DNA of 32,000 nt from Delftia acidovorans NBRC 14950 (GTDB lineage: Bacteria; Pseudomonadota; Gammaproteobacteria; Burkholderiales; Burkholderiaceae_C), in assembly GCF_001598795.1 (NCBI RefSeq), contig NZ_BCZP01000009.1, positions 240,001 to 272,000 of the forward strand, in the 5' to 3' direction. The notes beneath the pieces were generated by a model. It was not told the DNA's origin, searched no databases, and was given only the letters and a program-made list of their open reading frames with translations. This document shows positions 17,859-24,901 of this stretch, piece by piece (the first letter of the stretch is position 1; each line of letters starts with the position of its first letter). A program made the position numbers and the translations under genes.

Positions 17859-20057
17859 TCAGCTGTTCAAGGCGGTTTCCAGGCCTTCAAGCTCCTGCTT
17901 CAGCAAAAGCGCAGTTTCCTGTGGCTCGAACTGACGCTGCAGCAGCGGGATGGTGAAGACGTAGCTTGCATCGTGCACGCCGTGGGTTTCATCGCGGCGC
18001 AGGACGTAGGCCAGTTGCAGGCGCGCCAGGGACCGGCGCAAGGCCTGGGCCTGGCCGGTGGCGCCGTGGGACTGGACCAGGGCGTCGAGTGCGGTCAGGC
18101 TGGTCTGTCCTTGCTGGGCCGTGTGATAGACGGCGATGCGGTCCAGGCGGCAGGCCTGTTCGTCGGTGCTCAAGCGGCCCCATCCCACCAGCGCGTCCTG
18201 CACGGGCTGGGATGCCATGGCCTGGCGCAGGTGGCGTTCTTCGATGACGCGTTCGTCGGGCCCCAGGGCTTCCAGGCATTCCTGGCAGAGGATGGCGACC
18301 AGGTTGGCGCGCCTGCCGCTGGCCTCTATCAGCCGCTCGGCCAGAGCGTCGTTGGCAAAGCCCAGGCGCAGCCTGCGCAGCGGTTCGGTGGCCAGGGCGT
18401 GACATGCCGCTGGCTCCAATCCACCAATGGCCAGGATTTCGCCGAAGTTGCGCAGCGGCGATTGGTAGTCGAGCAGCGCTGCCGCGTACAGATCCCAGAA
18501 TCCCGCCAGCATGAACCAGCAACGGCCCTCCTCGCTCAGCGCGCGCAAGGCGCTGAGCTGGGGGTAGCCATTGCGGGCTTCGTCGCGGAAGAACAGGTCG
18601 GCCTCGTCGATCAGCAGGTACAGCCGCCTGCCCTGCGACTGCTTTTGCAGGTGTTCGATGATGGCCTCCAGCGGTGTTTCCACGGGAAGGCCGAACTGCG
18701 TGGCCAGGCGCGGCGTAAGGCGGTGGTCGCGCAGCGAGATGTAGTGGCAGGCGATGGCCGGATGCTCCTGCAGCCGCCGCTGCACGGCCTTGAGCAGGCT
18801 GCTTTTGCCGAGCTGGCGTCCTCCCACGACCAGGTAGTTGGCCGGTTCGCGGTTGAGCACGCGGGCCAGCAGGCGCTCGCGGCCAAAGAAAACGTCCTCG
18901 CGCGTCACGCCGCCGCGCGTCTGGTAGGGCGATATGCGCGTGACCTGCAGCTGCGTGGCCAGCAGCCGCAGCAGCACCTGGTCCGGAGCGCCGCCCAGCA
19001 GCCATTCGGTCTGCCCCGGGCTGTCCAGCAGCACGTGCAGGTTGGCGCGGTCCTGGGCATGGCGCTGCAGCAGCGGCATGGGCGACTGGGGATGGTGCGA
19101 GCTCACGATGAGCACCACATCGCCGCCGGTTTGCAGCAGGCGCAGCTGGCGCACGAGTTCGCCCTCTTCCAGCTCCGCTGGGGGCGCATAGACCAGGCAA
19201 CGGCCCAGGGCGATGGGCAGCTCGGGCGGCAGCGTCCACTCGAACATGTCGCCGGGCACGGGCCACTCGCCTTGCGCCGGTTTGCAGACGGCGGACAGGC
19301 GTTCGGCCAGCGCCCGCACGCGGGCGCCTGGGCTTGCGCCGGCAAGGCGCAGGGCCCGCTGCCAGTCCGGCGGGCGTATGCCCGCAGCGCGCAAGACGGC
19401 GGAACGGCGGCCGGTGAGCTGCAGCAGCCGGTCCAGCTGGGGCAGATGCTGGTAGGGCTTGCGGCGCAGGCGCTCGGGCTTGAGCTGTGCCGGGCCTATC
19501 AGCGGATGGCGCACCAGCCACAGCAGGGCCAGGCAGCCAAAGACCAGTGCGCTGGTCCAGATGACGCTGCGCAGCCATCCAAAGGGTTCATGCTCGGGCT
19601 GGCCCGGCGAGGGGCTGCAGTTCAGCGGCAGGTAGCGCGGCGGAGTCGGAGGCAGGCCGCCCTGGCAGCTCCAGTCCCAGCGTTGCCTGTCCAGTTGCAG
19701 CAGGACCTGGGTTCCGGCGAGCACGCCCATCTGGCTGTCGCGCACCACGTCCGCCTGCAGCACGAATGGACTGGGCGAGCTCATGCGCACGCGTGGTTCG
19801 GCAATGTCCGGCGCCACGCTGGCCAGGTCCTGCGGCCAGCTTTCATGCTGGCGCACATAGTCCATCAGGGCCAGGCGCCACAGGATGATTTCGTTCCAGA
19901 CCCGGCCCGAGCTTTCCGCGCCCTGCAGGCTGCTGCGGGTGACGGGGTTGTAGCGGGGCAGCAGGATGGCCGTGCCGATGAACAGCGTGACCAAGGCGAG
20001 CAGCGCGGCGCGCCACCAGGATCTGGGCAGTTGCACAAGCCGACCCAGGCCGCTCAT
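17859..20057 (-). CDS. Two-TM membrane protein with a pilin-like Cys-pair ectodomain and a cytoplasmic Arch_ATPase/ORC-like AAA+ ATPase (uncharacterised architecture)
   Basis: 732 aa. TM1 is residues ~14-33 (WWRAALLALVTLFIGTAILL). The ectodomain is ~34-160 and ends ...RWDWSC(131)QGGLPPTPPRYLPLNC(147). TM2 is ~161-182 (WLRSVIWTSALVFGCLALLWLV). It has FFGRERLL-x-...VVGGRQLGKSS (Walker A, nt 18801-18824) and GRRLYLLIDEAD (Walker B, nt 18597-18617). Amino-acid composition is protein-like, whereas the antisense 781-aa ORF looks like a shadow. Confidence 0.8.
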   Translation of the reverse strand: MSGLGRLVQLPRSWWRAALLALVTLFIGTAILLPRYNPVTRSSLQGAESSGRVWNEIILWRLALMDYVRQHESWPQDLASVAPDIAEPRVRMSSPSPFVLQADVVRDSQMGVLAGTQVLLQLDRQRWDWSCQGGLPPTPPRYLPLNCSPSPGQPEHEPFGWLRSVIWTSALVFGCLALLWLVRHPLIGPAQLKPERLRRKPYQHLPQLDRLLQLTGRRSAVLRAAGIRPPDWQRALRLAGASPGARVRALAERLSAVCKPAQGEWPVPGDMFEWTLPPELPIALGRCLVYAPPAELEEGELVRQLRLLQTGGDVVLIVSSHHPQSPMPLLQRHAQDRANLHVLLDSPGQTEWLLGGAPDQVLLRLLATQLQVTRISPYQTRGGVTREDVFFGRERLLARVLNREPANYLVVGGRQLGKSSLLKAVQRRLQEHPAIACHYISLRDHRLTPRLATQFGLPVETPLEAIIEHLQKQSQGRRLYLLIDEADLFFRDEARNGYPQLSALRALSEEGRCWFMLAGFWDLYAAALLDYQSPLRNFGEILAIGGLEPAACHALATEPLRRLRLGFANDALAERLIEASGRRANLVAILCQECLEALGPDERVIEERHLRQAMASQPVQDALVGWGRLSTDEQACRLDRIAVYHTAQQGQTSLTALDALVQSHGATGQAQALRRSLARLQLAYVLRRDETHGVHDASYVFTIPLLQRQFEPQETALLLKQELEGLETALNS

Positions 20058-21304
20058 GCCTGCAGCACCGCCACGGCGGCTTCGCGGGCAATGTCGCAGC
20101 GCCAGTGCAGATGGGCACCCTCACCTGCTCCGCGCACCTGCAGCAGATTGCCCCAGAACAGGCGCCGCAGCACGGCATCCTGCAGATAGGGGCGTGCACG
20201 GCCCAGCGATGCCGCATCCACCAGCCCGCGCAGTTGCTCGCGCGTGGCAGGTTCCTGCGCCAGGGGCAGCAAGGTCTGCCACAGGCGGGCGCTGGCCACC
20301 AGATGGGCGCGCAGCAGGGGCGAGTGCACGGAAGCGACGCCCACGCCCTGCTCCATCAGCCATTGCAGCGCTTCCTCGAAAAGCGCGGGATGCCCGCCCG
20401 TCAGCGCCTGCAATGCCTCGATGACCTCGGCCGGCCAGGCCGTGCCGGGCCAGCGCTGGTGCGCCATCAGGGCCAGGTCTTCCAGCGTGGGATCGGGCCA
20501 GTGGGCCACCTGGCCGATGTTGAGCAGCGACAGGTCACCGCTGCGGTACTTGAGGTCGGCCAGGGCCTCGCTGCCGCACAGCAGCAGGTGCAGGCGGCCG
20601 CTGTGCATTTCGCTGAGGCTGCGCAGAATGCCGGCCAGTGTCTCGCGCAGCTGCGCCGTGCCCTGCTCGAAGCGGCTGACCAGGCAGAACAGCCGGCCGC
20701 CGGCCAGCAGGCGCTTTTCCAGCAGGGCCTCGAATTCGTAGTCCGAGCCCACTTCGCCCAGCCCGCATTGCCGGCCCAGGGCCGCAAAGTAGTCGGCCGC
20801 AGCCGTGCTCACGCTGTAGGGCGGCTGGATGTGCAACACCGCCTCGGCGCCATACTGGGCGCGGGCGCGCAGCAGCAGTTCCTGGCGAAACGGGGGCTGC
20901 CCCCAGTGCGCGGGCGACAGCAGCATGGTGATGGCATAGGGCCGGGCATGGGCCAGCTGGGCGAAAAGCCGGTCCATGAAGCCTGCAAAAGGCTGGGCGC
21001 CAGCGGCGGCGGCCTGCAGCGGAAACTCCGTGGCAAAGCCAGCGGCGGAGAACAGGCGATTGGTCTCCGCCTCCGTCAGACGCAGGTACTGGGCGCAGGC
21101 GGCCAGCCGGTCGCGCGAGCGCGGATTGGGCAGGGAAACCCCATTCCTCCAGTTGTTGACGGCTTCCCGGCTCAGCCCGATCTCGGTGGCCACGCCCGAG
21201 GCGCTGGCGCGGATGCGGCGCATGTACAGCCCCAGCAAATGGCCGAAATCCTCGTGAACGCCTGGTGCCACGGCAGCTCCCTGTTCAATGGCGGTGGGCT
21301 GCAT
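20054..21304 (-). CDS. XRE-type HTH protein fused to a degenerate (P-loop-less) STAND/AAA-like domain
   Basis: 416 aa. The HTH is FGHLLGLYMRRIRASASGVATEIGLSREAVNNWRNGVSLP. The central region aligns by eye with the neighbour's ATPase core but has SPAHWGQPP instead of GGRQLGKSS and LVSRFE instead of LIDEAD. A TGGHPALFEEAL lid-like motif is present. Its stop overlaps the start of the 732-aa gene (ATGA at 20054-20057). Confidence 0.8.
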   Translation of the reverse strand: MQPTAIEQGAAVAPGVHEDFGHLLGLYMRRIRASASGVATEIGLSREAVNNWRNGVSLPNPRSRDRLAACAQYLRLTEAETNRLFSAAGFATEFPLQAAAAGAQPFAGFMDRLFAQLAHARPYAITMLLSPAHWGQPPFRQELLLRARAQYGAEAVLHIQPPYSVSTAAADYFAALGRQCGLGEVGSDYEFEALLEKRLLAGGRLFCLVSRFEQGTAQLRETLAGILRSLSEMHSGRLHLLLCGSEALADLKYRSGDLSLLNIGQVAHWPDPTLEDLALMAHQRWPGTAWPAEVIEALQALTGGHPALFEEALQWLMEQGVGVASVHSPLLRAHLVASARLWQTLLPLAQEPATREQLRGLVDAASLGRARPYLQDAVLRRLFWGNLLQVRGAGEGAHLHWRCDIAREAAVAVLQA

Positions 21305-21451
21305 CAGCGACGGCTCCGCTCAGGAAAACAGCGCCTGCTGGCGCAGATCCATCCTGCCGGGGCCATGGTCCGTATCCTCATCCTGTTCACCCTCTCCTGG
21401 GATTCAGCTGGTCTTGTGCAATTTGTTTCATTTTGCCGAGCGCGGATTGTC

Positions 21452-22273
21452 TCAGGATGCGGCATCGCCGCCACCCTGCCCCGCAAACTCCCGTCGCGCG
21501 CCGGCCATGCGGTACAGAGGCAGCACCACCGCCAGCACCAATCCCAAAGCCAGCCAGAACCACAGGCCCTTGCCTCTGAAGGCCAGGGCCGCAATGACGG
21601 TGAAGGCCACGGCCTCGCACAGCCCGCGAAAGCCGGCCCGCAGCATGAACAGCCCCACGATGCCCTGCACGGGCGACACGCCGCTCTTGCGCAGGCTGGC
21701 CATGGTGTCCAGCAGGGCCTGCACGGATTCCTGGGCCTGGCGGTCACGCTCCTGGTCCCGCTCGCGCAGCCGGGTGATGGCCATGGGCTGGGCCGGATTG
21801 GTCAGGGCGGTGCCGTCGGCGCCCTCTTCCTGGCCGGGCTGCGGATAGACCTCGCCATCCGTATCGACCAGCACCTGGCGCTCCGGGTAACGGGACAGCC
21901 AGGCGTGGTGGCTGACCCATTGGCCAGCATCGAAGTGGTAGCGCTCGCTCTCGCCCACCTGGTCGTAGAAGACATGCAGCACCGCCGCCTGCAGGCCGTG
22001 CTGGAACAGCGTCTCCAGCAATCGCCAGGGCATGCCGGCCGTGGTGCGGGTGTCAAAGCCCAGCTCCAGGTGCTGGGGATGGCCCAGGGCGCTGGCATTG
22101 GCCCAGTCGTCATCCCACAGCGCGGACCGGTCCAGGGCGGGGTCCAGCTCATGGATCCAGCGCTCGGCCTGCTCCCAGGACTGCCGGGCCAAGTACTGGC
22201 AGATCAGTTGCACGCGGCGCAGCTGCAGGGGCGTATCGAAGAAAAGATAGAGGTGATGGACGTTGCTGGACAT
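21452..22273 (-). CDS. Hypothetical membrane-anchored protein (soluble N-domain, charged linker, two C-terminal TM helices)
   Basis: The frame is open from 22504, but residues before MSSNVHHLYLFFDTPLQL (ATG at 22273) are Arg/Cys/Gly-rich and look non-coding. The C-terminus has GIVGLFMLRAGFRGLCEAVAFTVIAALAF and LWFWLALGLVLAVVLPLY. No family was recognised and there is no clear SD. Confidence 0.55.
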   Translation of the reverse strand: MSSNVHHLYLFFDTPLQLRRVQLICQYLARQSWEQAERWIHELDPALDRSALWDDDWANASALGHPQHLELGFDTRTTAGMPWRLLETLFQHGLQAAVLHVFYDQVGESERYHFDAGQWVSHHAWLSRYPERQVLVDTDGEVYPQPGQEEGADGTALTNPAQPMAITRLRERDQERDRQAQESVQALLDTMASLRKSGVSPVQGIVGLFMLRAGFRGLCEAVAFTVIAALAFRGKGLWFWLALGLVLAVVLPLYRMAGARREFAGQGGGDAAS

Positions 22274-22478
22274 GGCGGGCCTGAGGCGTTTGCAGGAATG
22301 CCGCGATTGTTCAATTGCAGCCGCCAGCCGGCCCTCCCAGGCCTGTCCAGCAGGCGGCTGGCAGGCGCTCCCACCGGTTGACATTCTGTCCACTGCAAGA
22401 AGCGGGATGCAGGCGCTGCGGCGGCGCCCTAGACTGCGGCAATTGCCCACAGCGCCCATACCGCCAACCGCGCCCGCC

Positions 22479-23210
22479 ATGCACAACCTCCGTCTTTTCG
22501 ACAACGAAGCTTGCGAATCCGCCCCGCCCGGCCACTGGACGCAGATGGAGCACCAGCTCGATGAGCAAGGCTGCGCGCGCCTGCCCGGCCTGCTGGATGC
22601 GCAGCAGTGCCGCGACCTGGCCGCTCTTTACGCAAGGGAGGACGGCTTTCGCTCCCGCATCGTCATGGCACGCCACGGTTTCGGGCGCGGCGAGTACCAA
22701 TATTTCGACTACCCCTTGCCACCGCTGCTGCAGCGCCTGCGCGAGCAGCTGTATCTGCGCCTGGCGCCGGTGGCCAATCTCTGGAACCAGCGCATGGGGC
22801 TGGAGGTGCGCTATCCGGACCGGCTGCAGGACTTCCTGGCGCGCTGCCACGCGCAGGGCCAGTTGCGGCCCACGCCGCTCATCCTTCAATACGGTGCGGG
22901 CGACTACAACTGCCTGCACCAGGATGTCTATGGAGAGCATGTGTTTCCGCTGCAGGTGGTGCTGCTGCTGTCGCGGCCCGCGCGGGACTTCACGGGTGGC
23001 GAGTTCGTCATCACCCAGGCCGATGGCGACCGGCAGCGGGCCGATGTGATGGCACTGGACCAGGGCGATGCGCTGGTCCTGGCCGTGCGCCACCGGCCCG
23101 TGCCCGGGCGGCGCACCGGCTACCGCCGCGTGGCCATGCGCCATGGGGTCAGCCGCATCCACAGCGGCCATCGCCATACCGTGGGGCTGATCTTTCATGA
23201 CGCACTTTGA
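22479..23210 (+). CDS. 2OG-Fe(II) oxygenase superfamily protein (COG3826 / 'Oxygenase-NA'-like, alkB-associated)
   Basis: MHNLRLFDNE... It has an HxD in CLHQDVYGEHVFPLQVVLLLSRPARDFTGGEFV, the distal His in MRHGVSRI, and Arg in GHRHTVGLIFHD. The family assignment is from memory of alkB-linked oxygenases. Confidence 0.75.
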   Translation: MHNLRLFDNEACESAPPGHWTQMEHQLDEQGCARLPGLLDAQQCRDLAALYAREDGFRSRIVMARHGFGRGEYQYFDYPLPPLLQRLREQLYLRLAPVANLWNQRMGLEVRYPDRLQDFLARCHAQGQLRPTPLILQYGAGDYNCLHQDVYGEHVFPLQVVLLLSRPARDFTGGEFVITQADGDRQRADVMALDQGDALVLAVRHRPVPGRRTGYRRVAMRHGVSRIHSGHRHTVGLIFHDAL

Positions 23211-23222
23211 TGGATGGCCGGT

Positions 23223-23873
23223 ATGAGCACGCTGGATCTTTTCGCCGATGAACATCCCACCGGGGCCGAATCCATAGGTCCGCAATCCGTGGTGCTGCGC
23301 GGCCATGCCCTGCCCCATGCCGTGCAGTTGCTGGAGGCGGTCGAAGGCATTGCGGCGCGGGCGCCGCTGCGCCATCTGGTTACGCCGGGCGGCTTCACCA
23401 TGTCGGTGGCCATGACCAACTGCGGCGCGCTGGGCTGGACCAGCGACAGGCGCGGCTACCGCTACAGCGCCATCGACCCACTCAGCGGCCAGCCCTGGCC
23501 GGCCATGCCGGCCGTGTTTGTCCGGCTGGCGGGCGAGGCGGCCGCTGCGGCGGGGTTCGATGGCTTTGTGCCCGATGCCTGCCTCATCAACCAGTACCTG
23601 CCCGGCACCCGGCTTTCCCTGCACCAGGACCGCGACGAACACGACCTGGGCGCGCCCATTGTCTCGGTGTCCCTGGGCATGCCCGCCACGTTTCTGTTTG
23701 GAGGACTGGCGCGGACAGACAGCACGGCCAGGGTGCCGCTGCAGCATGGCGACGTGGTGGTCTGGGGCGGTGTGGATCGGCTGCGCCACCACGGCGTGTT
23801 GCCGCTCAAGGACCAGCCTCACCCGCTGCTGGGCGGGCGGCGCATCAATCTCACTTTTCGCAAGGCGGGCTGA
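23223..23873 (+). CDS. alkB: Alpha-ketoglutarate-dependent DNA/RNA alkylation-repair dioxygenase AlkB
   Basis: MSTLDLFADE..., GWTSDRRGYRYS, PWPAMP, ACLINQYLPGTRLSLHQDRDE (HxD), VSVSLG, WGG..RLRHHGV and RINLTFRKAG match E. coli AlkB blocks. An alternative ATG lies at 23214. Confidence 0.9.
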   Translation: MSTLDLFADEHPTGAESIGPQSVVLRGHALPHAVQLLEAVEGIAARAPLRHLVTPGGFTMSVAMTNCGALGWTSDRRGYRYSAIDPLSGQPWPAMPAVFVRLAGEAAAAAGFDGFVPDACLINQYLPGTRLSLHQDRDEHDLGAPIVSVSLGMPATFLFGGLARTDSTARVPLQHGDVVVWGGVDRLRHHGVLPLKDQPHPLLGGRRINLTFRKAG

Positions 23874-24575
23874 ATGGTTGGACGGTCTGAAATGGATAGG
23901 CTCAACGGCCAGGATCGCTTCGCCCGCCTGGATTGGGCGCGGATTGCCGCTGAGCTCGATGCCGAAGGCCATGCCCGGCTGCCGCAGCTGCTGACTGCGG
24001 ATGAAAGCCGCGCCTTGGCCCGCGAGGCGGCAGCCGCGTCTGGCCTGCCGCCCTGCGTGCAGGCATGGCGCCCGGTGCTGTACGGGCATCTGCTGGCCCT
24101 GGCCAACCGCTGGCGCGAACACATGGGCATGATGCCTGGGTTGCCAGGCTGCTTCGAGGATTTCATGCGTCCGGGCCGGCAAGCAGGCCAAACGCAGCCA
24201 CAGCCACATCTGCTGCGCGTGCCGCAAGCGGGTCATGCCCCGCTGCGTTCATACAGCGAAGGTGCGGCGGTGTTTCCGCTGCAGCTGGTGCTGCTGCTGT
24301 CCCGGCCGGGCCAGGATTTCGAGGGCGGCGAATTCGTGATGACCGAGCAGCGCCCGCGCATGCAATCGCGCCCCATGGTGCTGCCGCTGGGCCTGGGGGA
24401 TGCGGCCATCATCGCCACGGGGCCGCGCCCGGTGCGCGGTGCGGCGGGCTTTTACCGCGTGCATCTGCGGCATGCCATCAGCCGCGTTCACCGTGGCGAG
24501 TGGCTGGGTCTGGAGCTGCTTTTGCACGACGTGCCCCAGGCGCCAAAGGCTCTGCAAACGGACCGCTGGCTATAA
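23874..24575 (+). CDS. Degenerate paralog of the 22479-23210 oxygenase (predicted catalytically inactive)
   Basis: It shares ARLPxLL and VFPLQLVLLLSRPGQDFEGGEFVMTEQ with the upstream paralog. However, it has PLRSYSEGAA where the paralog has CLHQDVYGEH (His and Asp both lost). It also has GEWLGLELLLHD where the paralog has GHRHTVGLIFHD. Its ATG directly abuts the alkB stop. Confidence 0.7.
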   Translation: MVGRSEMDRLNGQDRFARLDWARIAAELDAEGHARLPQLLTADESRALAREAAAASGLPPCVQAWRPVLYGHLLALANRWREHMGMMPGLPGCFEDFMRPGRQAGQTQPQPHLLRVPQAGHAPLRSYSEGAAVFPLQLVLLLSRPGQDFEGGEFVMTEQRPRMQSRPMVLPLGLGDAAIIATGPRPVRGAAGFYRVHLRHAISRVHRGEWLGLELLLHDVPQAPKALQTDRWL

Positions 24576-24576
24576 T
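24571..24576 (+). promoter_or_regulatory. Possible -10 box for the riboswitch/receptor transcript
   Basis: A perfect TATAAT overlaps the stop codon of the preceding gene, about 25-50 nt upstream of the riboswitch core. No convincing -35 hexamer was found. Confidence 0.3.
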
Positions 24577-24599
24577 GCCGCGCCTGCAAAGGCATCCGT

Positions 24600-24895
24600 G
24601 CAACAGGTGTCCGCATGCCAGCCATGGGGATGAAACGGGAACAAGGTGACTGCCAGCAAATGCTTTTTGCGCTGCCGGCACAGGCCTTGGCTGCCCCCGC
24701 AACGGTAAACAAGTCAAGGCGCTCCATGCCTGTCCCGCCAGTCTCCGCAACCCTGCGGAGGGGCGATGACAGGCTGTCACTGGTTCATGGCGTGGTCTGC
24801 AACATGCAGCTTTTCGCGGGTGGATTGGGAAGACGGGGCGCTGGGCGGAAGGCATGTCCTTGCGCCGCTTGTGAGCCCGGAGACCGGCCTGCTGC
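24600..24895 (+). promoter_or_regulatory. Cobalamin (B12) riboswitch
   Basis: Conserved core elements appear in the right order: gggaacaaggtga (24637-24649), gctgcccccgcaacggtaa (24690-24708), gtcactgg (24776-24783), gggaagacgg (24827-24836), and the B12-box-like gagcccggagaccggcc (24873-24889). It is located in the 5' leader of a TonB-dependent receptor/ABC uptake operon. The outer boundaries are approximate. Confidence 0.8.
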
Positions 24896-24901
24896 GTTTC
24901 G

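Noticed and set aside
21321-21344. Hairpin gcgcc-tgct-ggcgc followed on the minus strand by tgttttcc, considered as a terminator separating the 273-aa gene from the HTH gene.
   Set aside because: The stem is only 5 bp with a short interrupted T-tract, and it sits just 17-40 nt upstream of the HTH gene ATG. That is too weak to call, so the operon structure is left open.
22378-22435. TTGACA at 22378-22383 and TAGACT at 22430-22435 in the divergent spacer upstream of the oxygenase-alkB cluster. Also searched for an Ada box (AAAGCGCA).
   Set aside because: The two hexamers are not at promoter spacing from each other, neither has a good partner hexamer, and no Ada-box match was seen.
22274-22504. 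N-terminal extension of the 273-aa membrane protein ORF (MSKRRRLCMAGAVGG...).
   Set aside because: The extension is Arg/Cys/Gly-rich and unlike the rest of the protein. It would also overlap the 5' end of the divergent oxygenase gene (ATG at 22479). ATG at 22273 was preferred, though no SD supports either start.
24548-24557. A -35 hexamer to pair with the perfect TATAAT at 24571.
   Set aside because: At 16-18 bp spacing the candidates (ggctct and similar) match TTGACA poorly, and ctgcaa is only 13 bp away. The promoter call is therefore kept at low confidence.
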